The notes under the pieces are model-generated. The model had not been told where the DNA came from, ran no database searches, and was given only the letters and a program-made list of their open reading frames with translations. Positions 1 through 9,427 of a stretch of 64,000 nt of DNA are shown in pieces. Source of the stretch: Nitriliruptor sp. (GTDB taxonomy: Bacteria; Actinomycetota; Nitriliruptoria; Nitriliruptorales; Nitriliruptoraceae); contig NZ_JBBEBZ010000171.1 in the NCBI RefSeq assembly GCF_040882075.1, positions 6,540-70,539 of the forward strand. The letters run 5' to 3'. Position 1 is the stretch's first letter. Each line of letters opens with the position of its first letter. The translations under genes were made by a program, and so were the position numbers.

Positions 1-470
1 GCGACCACCCGGGCACGGGGATCGTGGTGCTCTCGCAGCACGCGGATCCGGAGTACGCCCTCGAGCTGCTCGAGGACGGGTCGAGCGGCGTCGCCTACCT
101 GCTCAAGGAACGCCTCGGGGATGCTGACCGGCTGCTGCAGGCCATCGACGAGGTTCGCGCGGGCGGCTCGATGCTCGACCCGAAGATCGTGTCGGCCCTG
201 CTCGAAGCGCAACGCCGACGCACCGCATCGCGTCTGGCCGGCCTGACCCCGCGCGAGCTCGAGGTCCTACGGCTGATGGCGTCGGGGAAGGGGAACGCCG
301 CCATCGCCCGGGAGCTGACCATCGGCGACCGTTCCGTCGAGAAGCACTCCAACGCGATCTTCCGCAAGCTCGGGCTCTCCGAGGAGCTCGACCTCAACCG
401 GCGTGTCGCTGCGGTCCTGTTCTACCTCCAACGAGGCGAGCTCGGGGACGCTCGGGGGGCCGACAGGTAG
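1..470 (+). CDS. NarL/LuxR-family response regulator (5' truncated by window edge)
   Basis: End of receiver domain (VLSQ..YLLK) plus LuxR HTH LTPRELEVLRLMASGKGNAAIARELTI..VEKH. Confidence 0.92.
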   Translation, partial: DHPGTGIVVLSQHADPEYALELLEDGSSGVAYLLKERLGDADRLLQAIDEVRAGGSMLDPKIVSALLEAQRRRTASRLAGLTPRELEVLRLMASGKGNAAIARELTIGDRSVEKHSNAIFRKLGLSEELDLNRRVAAVLFYLQRGELGDARGADR

Positions 471-2165
471 GAGGGCGGTCACGCGCGTGCCCTCCCCCGG
501 CGCTGCGACGATGCGCAGGCTCCCCCCGAGGGCGTTGACGCGGTCGCGCAGGTTCTGCAGACCCCCGGTGCGCTCGAGCGCGGCCGGATCGAACCCGCGA
601 CCCGCATCCGCGACCTCGATCCGGAGCGAGTCGGCCTCGAGGGTGACCTGCACGTCGATGCGGTCGGCGTCTGCGTGCTTGAGGGCGTTGGTCACGGCCT
701 CGGAGGCGAGGAAGTACGCCCCGGCCTCGACCACCTCGTCGAGGCGTGGGAGCGGATCGGGGTGCAGCCGCACCACCACCTCGACCTCGGTCCGGGCGGC
801 GAGGCTCCGGATCGCGCCACCGAGACCCCGGTCGCGCAGGATCGAGGGGTAGAGCGCCCGGGCGGTCGCCCGGAGCTCGTCGAGGACCTCGTCGATCGCG
901 GCGGCGAGCTCGCGGGTCACGGCGTCGACCGCATCCGGATCGCGCTCGATACGCCCCCGGCAGGCCCCGACCTGCATCCGCAGGACGACCAGACGTTGCT
1001 GGATGCCGTCGTGCAGGTCGAGCGCGAGGCGCTGACGCTCCCGGTCGCCGGAGCCGACGACCCGACGTGCCGCCTCCTGGAGCGCCTCGGCCTGCTGGCC
1101 GATGACCAGCAGCTGTGCCCGGAGCGCCCGACGCATGCGTTCGAGCGCCTCGCTCAGCTGCCCGATCTCATCCTGGCCGGTGACCTGGAACGGTTCGTCG
1201 AGCTGACCGCCGGCGATGGCTCGGGCCGTGCGCGTCAGGCGGACCAGCGGCCGGGTCAGCGCGGTCGCGAAGGCCAGCGCGAGCACCCCACCGATCAGCA
1301 GGAACAGCACCACCATCAGCGATCGGTACCGGGCGAGACGCGCGTCGAGCGGCGCCAGGGGGTCGTCGAGCAGCAGCCCGACGTGGGCCGGTGATCCCCA
1401 CGCGTCCGCGGTGGCGATCGGCAGGTACTGCACCAGGCGGTCACCGTCGGCCGACTCGTGCACGCCCGGCTCGGTCACGTCACCCGATGGCGTCCTCACG
1501 TCCGGCGCATCGTCCTCGACGGTCGAGGCGACCACGGCGCCGCCGACGATCAGCTCGACGTCGGCCACGCCCACGAGGTCGCGGACCCCGCGTGCGTACT
1601 CACGGTCGAGCTCGCTGCCCACCACGAGCACGGAGAAGTGGCCGCCGTCGGTGAAGGGCAGCGAGTAGACCACCCCCCAGCCGGCGGCCCGTCCCTGGAC
1701 GTCCTCGAGGGGGACCACGCGTCGCTGCCCGCGTCGCGAGGCCAGGTCCGCGACCAGGGCGCCATCATCGACCGGTGGCACCGACACGCGGGACCGTCGC
1801 GGCGGCTCGAGCTGGGGGGCGCCGGAGTCGAGGTCGAACGCCTCCGCCAGGGTGAAGCGTCCCGCGAGGCGGGCCACGCTGGTGGCGTTGAGCAACGCCC
1901 GGGCACTGTCGCCCTGGATCTGCGCCTGCTGGACGAACGCCGTCAGGCTCCGGACCGTGCCGGTCTCCTCGCCGCGGAGCTGGTTGCGGTAGGCGGCCGT
2001 CTGCTCCGCGGTGAGCTCGCGCGCTCGGGACTCGAGCTCGGAGCGGGTCAGGTTCGACGAGACCAGCAGCGTGGCGAGGCTCGCGAGGGCCAGGACGGCG
2101 ACGAACGCGCCGAACAACTTCGGCGCCAGGGAGCGCACGAGCCACGAACCCCCGGCGGATGTCAC
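267..2165 (-). CDS. HAMP-domain sensor histidine kinase (NarX/HisKA_3 type)
   Basis: Two TM helices, HAMP, H-box ERQRLALDLHDGIQQ, HATPase motifs EAVTNALKHA, DAGRGF, GGLQNLRDR. Confidence 0.92.
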   Translation of the reverse strand: MTSAGGSWLVRSLAPKLFGAFVAVLALASLATLLVSSNLTRSELESRARELTAEQTAAYRNQLRGEETGTVRSLTAFVQQAQIQGDSARALLNATSVARLAGRFTLAEAFDLDSGAPQLEPPRRSRVSVPPVDDGALVADLASRRGQRRVVPLEDVQGRAAGWGVVYSLPFTDGGHFSVLVVGSELDREYARGVRDLVGVADVELIVGGAVVASTVEDDAPDVRTPSGDVTEPGVHESADGDRLVQYLPIATADAWGSPAHVGLLLDDPLAPLDARLARYRSLMVVLFLLIGGVLALAFATALTRPLVRLTRTARAIAGGQLDEPFQVTGQDEIGQLSEALERMRRALRAQLLVIGQQAEALQEAARRVVGSGDRERQRLALDLHDGIQQRLVVLRMQVGACRGRIERDPDAVDAVTRELAAAIDEVLDELRATARALYPSILRDRGLGGAIRSLAARTEVEVVVRLHPDPLPRLDEVVEAGAYFLASEAVTNALKHADADRIDVQVTLEADSLRIEVADAGRGFDPAALERTGGLQNLRDRVNALGGSLRIVAAPGEGTRVTALLPVGPPSVPELASLEVEQDRSDTPVEVELLGEPELAEDRVGVLLDGTVADGQLPGDGGVPLPRRHQP

Positions 2166-3394
2166 CGGGTGGTCCGTTCCGCCAACTCCTGCAGCTCGGC
2201 GAGGGCGCCAGCGGCGTCCTGCTGCCCCTTGAGCACCCGTTCGAGCGTGGCCGAGAACGCCGCGGCGAGCTCGGGGTAGGCGATCAGGGGCATCACGTCA
2301 GCGTCGGGGAGCTGCGCGACGAACGCCGCGAGGTCGGGCTGGTCACGGAAGAGGGGATCGTCGTAGACCTCGACGCGCGCCGGCAGACGGCCCTCCTCCT
2401 CGGCGAGGGTCCGAGCGACCGTCGCATCGGTCAACGCCAGCGCGAAGGCGAAGGCCAGGTCCGGCTGCTCGGCATCCCTCGGGACGAACAGGCTGCTGCC
2501 TCCGAGCACCGTGCCCGTGTCCCCCTCCCCCCGTGGGAGCGGGAGGACCAGCAGGTCGTCGCCGACCGTGGAGTCGCGGGCACGGCGCGTCACCGGCAGA
2601 TCCCAGGAACCGGTGGCGTGCAGAGCGACCGACCCCGTCGTCAGCGACTGGATCGCGTCGAGCGAGAGGTCGGGCGCGAACGGGGGCGTGCCGATGCCCT
2701 CGGTCGCCAGCGCACCGAGCAGCTCGACGGCCGCGATCGTGCGGGGATCGTCGAAGGTGAAGCTCACCCCACCTGCGGGATCGCGGACGAGCACGTCCCC
2801 ACCGAAGGCGCGGATCCACCCGTAGGCCGTCCAGCTCGAGGCCGAGACCGTGATGGCGTGCTCCACCCCGTCAGCGTCGCGGAGGGTGCGTGCGACCTCG
2901 AGGAACCGCTCGGCGTCCGCCAGATCCCCGGGCGCGAGCCCCGACGACCGGAGCGCATCCGCGCTGGCCAGCAGCACCAGCGCGTTGACGTCGAGCGGGA
3001 CCCCGTACCGGACCCCCTCCCAGGTGACGTCGTCGACCGCCCCGGGGAGGTAGTCCGCTGCTCGGAGACCCGCGACACGCCACCGCTCGTCGAGGGGTTC
3101 CGCGAGACCGTCGGCGGCCGCGGCGAACGCGTGCCAGTGGGCCAGATCGAACGGGTCGCCGAGGTCGCTGGCGTTGCGGACCAGGTCCGGGATCTGCGAG
3201 AACGGTGCGGCCTGGACCTGGACACGCACCTCGTGGTCGCGCTCGAAGTCCCGGACGACCTGCCGGACGGTCGGCGCGGTCTCCCAGTCGTCGGCCAACA
3301 CCACGCTGAGCGCCGGCCGGGGGGCCGCTGCCGTCCCCGACGCGCAACCGGTCAGGAGCGCGAACGCGGAGGTCAGTGCCACCATCCGCCGCAC
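2162..3394 (-). CDS. Extracellular solute-binding lipoprotein (sugar ABC SBP family 1)
   Basis: Lipobox LLTGC, YGVP and GGSSLFV motifs; start placed at GTG 3394 behind GGAGG (ATG 3385 is an alternative); stop overlaps the kinase start. Confidence 0.85.
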   Translation of the reverse strand: MRRMVALTSAFALLTGCASGTAAAPRPALSVVLADDWETAPTVRQVVRDFERDHEVRVQVQAAPFSQIPDLVRNASDLGDPFDLAHWHAFAAAADGLAEPLDERWRVAGLRAADYLPGAVDDVTWEGVRYGVPLDVNALVLLASADALRSSGLAPGDLADAERFLEVARTLRDADGVEHAITVSASSWTAYGWIRAFGGDVLVRDPAGGVSFTFDDPRTIAAVELLGALATEGIGTPPFAPDLSLDAIQSLTTGSVALHATGSWDLPVTRRARDSTVGDDLLVLPLPRGEGDTGTVLGGSSLFVPRDAEQPDLAFAFALALTDATVARTLAEEEGRLPARVEVYDDPLFRDQPDLAAFVAQLPDADVMPLIAYPELAAAFSATLERVLKGQQDAAGALAELQELAERTTR

Positions 3395-3411
3395 GAAGCC
3401 TCCGGTCCCGA

Positions 3412-3720
3412 TCAGGCGCCCTCGGACCCCTGGTCCTCCTGCGCCACGTCCCCGGTGTCCTCGCCACCTGGGTCGGCCTCGTTGCCTCCCTCGGAGTCGC
3501 CGCCGCCGGGCGCGGTGTCGGCCGCGTCCTCGGTGGCCGAGTCCTCGCTGGTCGAGCCCTCGGCCTCGGCTTCGGCCTGGGCCTCCTGCTCCGCGGCCGC
3601 GCGCTCGGCCACGGTGGGCTCGAAGGTGTCGGGCGGGAGGATGAAGGCCAGCAACCCGGCCACGACGACCACGGAGGCGAGGAACATCCCGGCGAGGATG
3701 GGGAGCAGCTTGTTCGGCAC
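3412..3720 (-). CDS. Small membrane-anchored protein with acidic low-complexity tail
   Basis: GGAGGA RBS before GTG 3720; one TM helix followed by an E/D/A/G-rich tail. Confidence 0.65.
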   Translation of the reverse strand: MPNKLLPILAGMFLASVVVVAGLLAFILPPDTFEPTVAERAAAEQEAQAEAEAEGSTSEDSATEDAADTAPGGGDSEGGNEADPGGEDTGDVAQEDQGSEGA

Positions 3721-3907
3721 CGGCGGTCCTCCAACAGGTGGGCGAGGGACGGCTACGTCGGACACGGTCGTGCAGCGGGAGCAGCTGCGACGTCGGCACA
3801 GGCTAGTGGACCGGGCCGGCCGCTCCCACCCCGGACACCCCCCGGCGGTCGCCCCCGGCAGCACCGGTAGCCTGGTGGACCGGACCGGACCGACGAGGCA
3901 GGCAGGC

Positions 3908-4699
3908 GTGGACGAGGCTCGGGACGATCGGTTCGCGGTCCTCCCCGGAGGCTGGTCGCGCGAGATCCACCTGCGCGACGGCTCCCCCGCCCTGCTGCGT
4001 CAGATCCGACCGGCGGACCGCGACGACCTCGCCGAAGGCATCCGCCGGCTGTCTCCCGCGTCGCGCTACCTGCGCTTCCAGCGCGTCGTCGAGGAGCTGA
4101 GCGACGAGCAGCTGCGGTACCTGACCGACGTCGACCACCACGACCACGAAGCCATCGTGGCGCTCGACCGATGTCGCCCGGATCGGCCCGGCATCGGGGT
4201 GGCTCGCTACATCCGCGAGCCGTTCGAGCCGACCGTCGCCGAGGCAGCCATCACGGTCGCTGACGAGTACCACGGGCAGGGTGCCGGCACGCTGCTCCTC
4301 GGCGCCCTCGCGGCGCGTGCACGGGCCGCAGGCATCGAGATCTTCCGCAGCTACGTGCTCGCCGGCAACACCGCGATGCTCGAGGTCTTCGACCACCTCG
4401 GGGCCGTCCGCGAGCTCGAGACCGACGGCCTGTGGCGGGTCGACCTGTCGGTACCGGAGGAGGACGGATCGCGGCCGCGCTCGGGCGCCGAGCGGGCCTT
4501 CCACGAGGCCGCCCGCGACCAGCAACGGCTGATCAGCTACCTGCCGCCGATCTGGTCGCGCCGCCGCCGGGAACGCACCGCATCGGACCTCGGCGAGGAG
4601 ACGGCCCGCGCCGGCACGTTCGAGGACGACGACACCGACGAACTGCTCCAGCTGCGTGCCGAGCTGGAGGGGTGGCTCGGCGACCGGGACGGCCGGTGA
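3908..4699 (+). CDS. GNAT-family N-acetyltransferase
   Basis: LRDG..LLRQIRPADR, LSPASRYLRF, GVARY, EAAITVADEYHGQGAGTLLL acetyl-CoA motif; start inferred. Confidence 0.88.
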   Translation: MDEARDDRFAVLPGGWSREIHLRDGSPALLRQIRPADRDDLAEGIRRLSPASRYLRFQRVVEELSDEQLRYLTDVDHHDHEAIVALDRCRPDRPGIGVARYIREPFEPTVAEAAITVADEYHGQGAGTLLLGALAARARAAGIEIFRSYVLAGNTAMLEVFDHLGAVRELETDGLWRVDLSVPEEDGSRPRSGAERAFHEAARDQQRLISYLPPIWSRRRRERTASDLGEETARAGTFEDDDTDELLQLRAELEGWLGDRDGR

Positions 4700-5298
4700 C
4701 GTTCCGGATCGCCCGCCTCCTCGGCGGGCTCACGCTGTGCGGGTGGGGCATCGCCAGCATGGTCGCCGCCGACCTCGGTCTCGGCCCGTGGGACGTGCTG
4801 CACGAGGGGGTGGCGACGCGGACCGGCATCGGCATCGGCGCCGTCAGCATCGGCGTGGGCGCGCTGGTCCTGCTCGCGTGGTTCCCGCTGCGCGAACGCC
4901 CGGGCCCCGGCACGATCGCCAACGTGATCGTGATCGGCGTGGTCATCGACCTGACCCTGCTGGTGTTGGACACCCCGTCGTCGCTGGCGGCGCGTCTCGC
5001 GCTCTGCGCGGCAGGGCCGATCCTCTTCGGCGTGGGATCGGGCTTCTACCTCGGATCGCACTTCGGCTCGGGGCCGCGCGACGGGCTGATGACCGGGCTC
5101 GCACGTCGCGGGATCAGCGTGGCCGTCGCCCGGACGGGCATCGAGGTGACCGCGCTGGCGATCGGGTGGATGCTCGGCGGGACCGTCGGGCTCGGCACCG
5201 TGCTGTTCGCCGTCAGCATCGGGCCGTTGGTGCAGCTGAGCCTACGCTGGCTGACGGTGCCGGTCGACGAGGTCGAGGGCGTGCGTTCCGCCCGGTGA
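4696..5298 (+). CDS. YczE/YyaS/YitT-family membrane protein
   Basis: LGLGPWDVLHEG, PGPGTIAN, GSGPRDGLMTGL, GGTVGLGT; GTGA overlap with the GNAT gene. Confidence 0.88.
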   Translation: MTFRIARLLGGLTLCGWGIASMVAADLGLGPWDVLHEGVATRTGIGIGAVSIGVGALVLLAWFPLRERPGPGTIANVIVIGVVIDLTLLVLDTPSSLAARLALCAAGPILFGVGSGFYLGSHFGSGPRDGLMTGLARRGISVAVARTGIEVTALAIGWMLGGTVGLGTVLFAVSIGPLVQLSLRWLTVPVDEVEGVRSAR

Positions 5299-5313
5299 TC
5301 CGCCCGCTGGCCC

Positions 5314-6636
5314 TCAGCTGCAGAGCGGACTGATGGTCGGCCACGGGTTGACCCACGATCCGCCGTAGCGTCGACCGATGTGGTCGTGCGGCGGCGTCCC
5401 GCGGGCGTTGCCGGACGTCCCGACCGTGCCCACCTCCTCACCGCGACGGACCGCGGTCCCCGGGCCGATCCCCGCCGCGACGGACTCGAGGTGGGCGTTG
5501 TACCACTCGCTGCCGTCGGCGGTCCGGTACGACACCGTGAGCCCCCCGAGCCCCGAGTCGGTCCGGTTGACCTGGGTCACGACCGCGGCATCGATCGCCA
5601 CGATGGGCGTCCCGCGGTCGGCGAAGATGTCGTTGCCCTGGTGGCTGCGGCTGCCGGAGCGGGGATCGCCCCAGTCGTTGGAGAAGTCCCGGCCCGCGAC
5701 CGCCCCGACCACCGGGCAGACCCCGGACACGGCCGGCCCCCCGGCGCTGCCGGCGTTCCCGTTGCCCGATCCTGCGCTGCTCGACGCGCGGTCGCGCTCG
5801 GCGGCGGCTGCGGCCTCGGCGGCGATGCGCCTGGTGGCCAGCTCGCTTGCGAGCTCGCTCTCGCGCGCGGCCACGCGGGACAGCGCCTGCTCGGTCTCGG
5901 CCGTCTCGGTCCGCAGCTGGCTCACCAACTGCGCTTGACGGCCCTCCTCCGCGGCGACCTCGCGGGCCAGGCCTCCGGCATCCTCGCGCAGCTGCGCGGT
6001 GAAGCGGACCTGGGCCGCTGCGTCGGCGGCGGCCTGGGCCGACCGGGCTCGAGCGCGGGCCGCCTCGTCGGTGAGTCGCCGCTGGTCGTCACGCAGCTCG
6101 GCGACCTCGGCGACCAGGTCACCCTGGGCGTCGATGACCACCGCGATCTGGCGCATGCCGACGGCCAGCTCGTTCGGGTCCTGCGCGCGGCGGACCACCT
6201 CGAAGGCCATCGACCCGGCGCGGGCCCCCGCGGAACCGAACTTGTAGGCGGCAGCAGCCTGCCCAGCGAGGTTGCCCTCCTGGACCTCGAGCTCGGCCTG
6301 GGTGCGGGCCAGCTCAGCTTCGGTGCGCTCGTGGGCCCGCTCCGCACGCCGACGTTCGGCATCGGCCTCGGTCTCGGCGGCCTCGGCCAGCGCCAGCTGC
6401 CCCTCGGCAGCACGCAAGCGTCCGCGGGCGTCGATGACCCGGGCGCCGACGGCGGCCAGCTCCTCCTCGGCGGCGACGAGCTGTCCGCGGCGCTCACCGA
6501 GCTCCGAGCCGAGCTCAGCAGCCTCGTCCCGGGTGCGGTCGAGCTCGCGTTGCAGGTCGCCGGAGGACTGCGCGGTGGCCACCGACGGGACGAGCAGCCC
6601 CACCGCGAGCACGCCGGCGGCGACCATCCGAGCCAT
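5314..6636 (-). CDS. Secreted coiled-coil plus M23 peptidase (murein hydrolase/EnvC-like)
   Basis: Signal peptide, long coiled coil, HQGND (HxxxD), YNAHL, PHDH (HxH) M23 motifs. Confidence 0.9.
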   Translation of the reverse strand: MARMVAAGVLAVGLLVPSVATAQSSGDLQRELDRTRDEAAELGSELGERRGQLVAAEEELAAVGARVIDARGRLRAAEGQLALAEAAETEADAERRRAERAHERTEAELARTQAELEVQEGNLAGQAAAAYKFGSAGARAGSMAFEVVRRAQDPNELAVGMRQIAVVIDAQGDLVAEVAELRDDQRRLTDEAARARARSAQAAADAAAQVRFTAQLREDAGGLAREVAAEEGRQAQLVSQLRTETAETEQALSRVAARESELASELATRRIAAEAAAAAERDRASSSAGSGNGNAGSAGGPAVSGVCPVVGAVAGRDFSNDWGDPRSGSRSHQGNDIFADRGTPIVAIDAAVVTQVNRTDSGLGGLTVSYRTADGSEWYNAHLESVAAGIGPGTAVRRGEEVGTVGTSGNARGTPPHDHIGRRYGGSWVNPWPTISPLCS

Positions 6637-6913
6637 CGAGACGGGACGCAGCGGGGATCCTCAGGTCGGGAAGCGGGGACACGCGGTCGGCCCCGGTCGG
6701 CCCGGGATCGTCCACGTCCGTCCAGCGGCCGGTCTTTGGTGCCGGCGATAGAGCGCGGGCGATCTCGGGCGACGGTCGCCGAGGATAGTGCCACAGATCG
6801 AGGTCCGTAGCCACGGTGGTCGACACCAGTGCACTCCTGCAACACCCGGTCCAGTACACCGCCCGACGGGAACTCGGGTGCTTCGCCGAGCCGTCGCGGA
6901 GCGGATCGGTGCG

Positions 6914-7230
6914 TCACCGCAGCGTGGCGACCCCACCGTCGACGGGCACGATCGCGCCCGTGGTGTAGGCCCCGGCGCGGGACGCGAGGTAGATGAGGGT
7001 GCCGGCGAGGTCCTCGACCTCACCGAGCCGTCCCCGCGGGATGGCCGCGCCGATCTGATCGGCGTGCTCCATCAGGCGAGCGGTCATCTTGGAGGGGTAC
7101 AGGCCCGGCGCGATCGCGTTGACGGTGATGTGGCGCGGGGCGAGCCGATGTTGGCCATCCGCGCCGGGTCGGCCGGGGAGGCGGCGGCCTCGAGCTGCGG
7201 CAGGAGCGCCTGGGTACGGAACGGATGCAC
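6914..7230 (-). pseudogene. SDR oxidoreductase remnant (3' part, internal deletion and frameshift)
   Basis: One frame reads TQALLPQLEAAASPADPARMANIGS; a second reads RLAPRHITVNAIAPGLYPSKMT..GRLGEVEDLAGTLIYLASRAGAYTTGAIVPVDGG; N-terminus and YxxxK missing. Confidence 0.8.
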
Positions 7231-7296
7231 GCCTCGCGTTCCGTTCCGACCGGGCCGCGGGCTAGCGTCGGCCGTCGCTCGAGCGGAGGAGCCGAG

Positions 7297-9075
7297 GTGT
7301 CGCAGGACGTCCTACGCATCGCCAACGCGTCCGGGTTCTACGGCGACCGGTTCGCCGCAGCTCGCGAGATGGTGCAGGGCGGCGACATCGACGTCCTGAC
7401 CGGTGACTACCTCGCCGAGCTCACGATGCTGATCCTGTGGCGAGGCCGCCAGAAGGCGCCCGAGACGGGATACGCCCGGACCTTCCTGAAGCAGGCCCGC
7501 GAGGTGCTGGAACCCTGCATCGACCGCGGGATCCGGATCGTGGTCAACGCCGGCGGGCTGAACCCCGCCGGGATGGCCGCCGCGCTCCGCGAGCTCGCGG
7601 CGGAGCTCGGTGTCGACGCTGCCGTCGCCCACGTCGAAGGCGACGACCTGCTGCCGCGCCTCGACGACCTGCAGCAGCGCGGCCACGGGCTCGCCCACCT
7701 CGACACCGGCGAGCCGCTCAGCGGTCTGCGGATCCCGCCCCTCACCGCCAACGCCTACCTCGGTGGGTGGGGCATCGCCGCTGCGCTCGAGGCCGGCGCG
7801 GACGTGGTGGTGACCGGGCGCGTCACGGACGCGTCGCTCGTGGTCGGGCCGGGTGCGTGGCGGTTCGGCTGGGGTCGCGACGACTGGGACGCCCTGGCTG
7901 GCGCCGTCGTCGCCGGCCACGCGATCGAGTGCGGCGCCCACGTCACGGGCGGCAACTACAGCTTCTTCGCCGAGGTGCCCGGCCTCGAGCACGTCGGCTT
8001 CCCGATCGCCGAGCTGCACCCCGACGGCAGCTCGGTCATCACCAAGCACGACGGCTCGGGCGGCCTGGTCGACACGGGCACGGTCACCGCGCAGCTGCTC
8101 TACGAGATCGGCGACCCGCGGTACCTGAACCCGGACGTGGTGACGAGGTTCGACACGATCGAACTCACGGGCGACGGTCCCGACCGGGTCCGCATCAGCG
8201 GCGTCCGAGGCGAGCCCCCGACCGCCGATCTGAAGGTCGCGCTGAACACCCTCGGCGGGTTCCGCAACCGGGTCACGTTCGTGCTTACCGGGCTCGACAT
8301 CGATGCCAAGGCCGACCTCGTACGTCGTCAGCTCGGCGCCCGCATCGACCTCGACGCCCTCGACCGTGTCGACTGGCGGCTCGTGCGCTCGGACCACCCC
8401 GACGCCGCGACGAACGCCGAAGCGACCGCGACGCTCACCCTGACCGTCCAGCACCACGACGCGACGCCCATCGGGCGCAAGGGCTTCGCCGACGCCTGCG
8501 TCGAGATCGGGCTCGCGTCCTACCCCGGTTTCACCCTGACCGCTCCCCCAGCGGACGCCGAGCCCTTCGGTCGGTACTGGCCCGCCCTCGTCCCGGCGTC
8601 GGAGGTCACCGAGGTGGTGGTCCACGCGGACGGGACCCGCGAGGAGGTCCGCCCCACGGGCGTGGACCACGGGATCGGCCTCCGCGAGCGGGAGGCGATC
8701 GACCATCCCTTCACGACGCTGCAGGCGACGGGGTTCCCGCGGAGCCGCGCGCCGCTCGGCGCCGTGGCCGGTGCGAGGAGCGGCGACAAGGGAGGGGACG
8801 CGAACGTGGGCCTGTGGGTCCGCGATCCGGCCCGGTACCGCTGGCTCTGCGAGGTCGCCGGGAGCCCCGCGGCCATCCGTCGCCTGCTGCCCGAAGCCGA
8901 CGGGCTCCCGATCGACGTGTTCCCCCTCCCGAACCTGCTGGCGGTCAACGTCGTCGTCCACGGGCTGCTCGACGAGGGTGTCGCTTCCGCCGTGCGCCCC
9001 GACCCCCAGGCCAAGGGGCTCGGCGAGTACCTGCGCAGCCGCCACGTCGACGTCCCGACGGCCTGGCTGCCCTGA
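7297..9075 (+). CDS. Acyclic terpene utilization AtuA-family protein
   Basis: LRIANASGFYGDR, DYLAELTM, GHAIECG, ARSGDKGGDANVG, DPQAKGLGEYL; GGAGGA RBS. Confidence 0.93.
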   Translation: MSQDVLRIANASGFYGDRFAAAREMVQGGDIDVLTGDYLAELTMLILWRGRQKAPETGYARTFLKQAREVLEPCIDRGIRIVVNAGGLNPAGMAAALRELAAELGVDAAVAHVEGDDLLPRLDDLQQRGHGLAHLDTGEPLSGLRIPPLTANAYLGGWGIAAALEAGADVVVTGRVTDASLVVGPGAWRFGWGRDDWDALAGAVVAGHAIECGAHVTGGNYSFFAEVPGLEHVGFPIAELHPDGSSVITKHDGSGGLVDTGTVTAQLLYEIGDPRYLNPDVVTRFDTIELTGDGPDRVRISGVRGEPPTADLKVALNTLGGFRNRVTFVLTGLDIDAKADLVRRQLGARIDLDALDRVDWRLVRSDHPDAATNAEATATLTLTVQHHDATPIGRKGFADACVEIGLASYPGFTLTAPPADAEPFGRYWPALVPASEVTEVVVHADGTREEVRPTGVDHGIGLREREAIDHPFTTLQATGFPRSRAPLGAVAGARSGDKGGDANVGLWVRDPARYRWLCEVAGSPAAIRRLLPEADGLPIDVFPLPNLLAVNVVVHGLLDEGVASAVRPDPQAKGLGEYLRSRHVDVPTAWLP

Positions 9076-9081
9076 CCCCTG

Positions 9082-9366
9082 AGTTCGGCAGCGAGCGTCG
9101 TCGAGATGCGGACAGCCGGGCGTTGCCTACTGGCTCGGCCCGCCCGGTCCTCGGCTCGCGGGGTGCTGACGTGGCGCTGGCGCCACACCAGCGCCCCGGT
9201 AGGCCGGCGCGCACGATCGGTCGGGCTCGCGGGGTCCTGACGTGGCGTTGGCGCCACACGAGCACCCCGGTGGGTCGGGCGGACCGATCGGATGGGCTCC
9301 GGACGTCCGAGGGGTCGACCAGGCGGGAACCGCCGTTGTCCGTAGCCAGCAACACCCGCCCGAGCT
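9082..9366. repeat. MITE-like element with about 50-bp imperfect inverted ends and two internal 48-bp palindromic direct repeats
   Basis: Left end 9082-9139 matches 29739-29795; right end 9319-9366 matches 30953-31001; internal units 9153-9200 and 9224-9271 are 44/48 identical. Confidence 0.75.
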
Positions 9367-9427
9367 CACTCGCCATGACCCGGTCGTCGGCGAGCGACGT
9401 CCCTGGGGTGGAGCGGGAGCCAGGAGC

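Noticed and set aside
2159-3907. Long N-terminal extension of the GNAT ORF; likewise the SNF2 extension to 14802 and the rpf extension to 45412
   Set aside because: These extensions overlap real genes on the opposite strand; better starts exist downstream.
9153-9271. Two 48-bp direct repeats as a mini-CRISPR array
   Set aside because: Only two imperfect units with a 23-nt gap and no cas genes; better explained as REP-like hairpins inside the MITE-like element.
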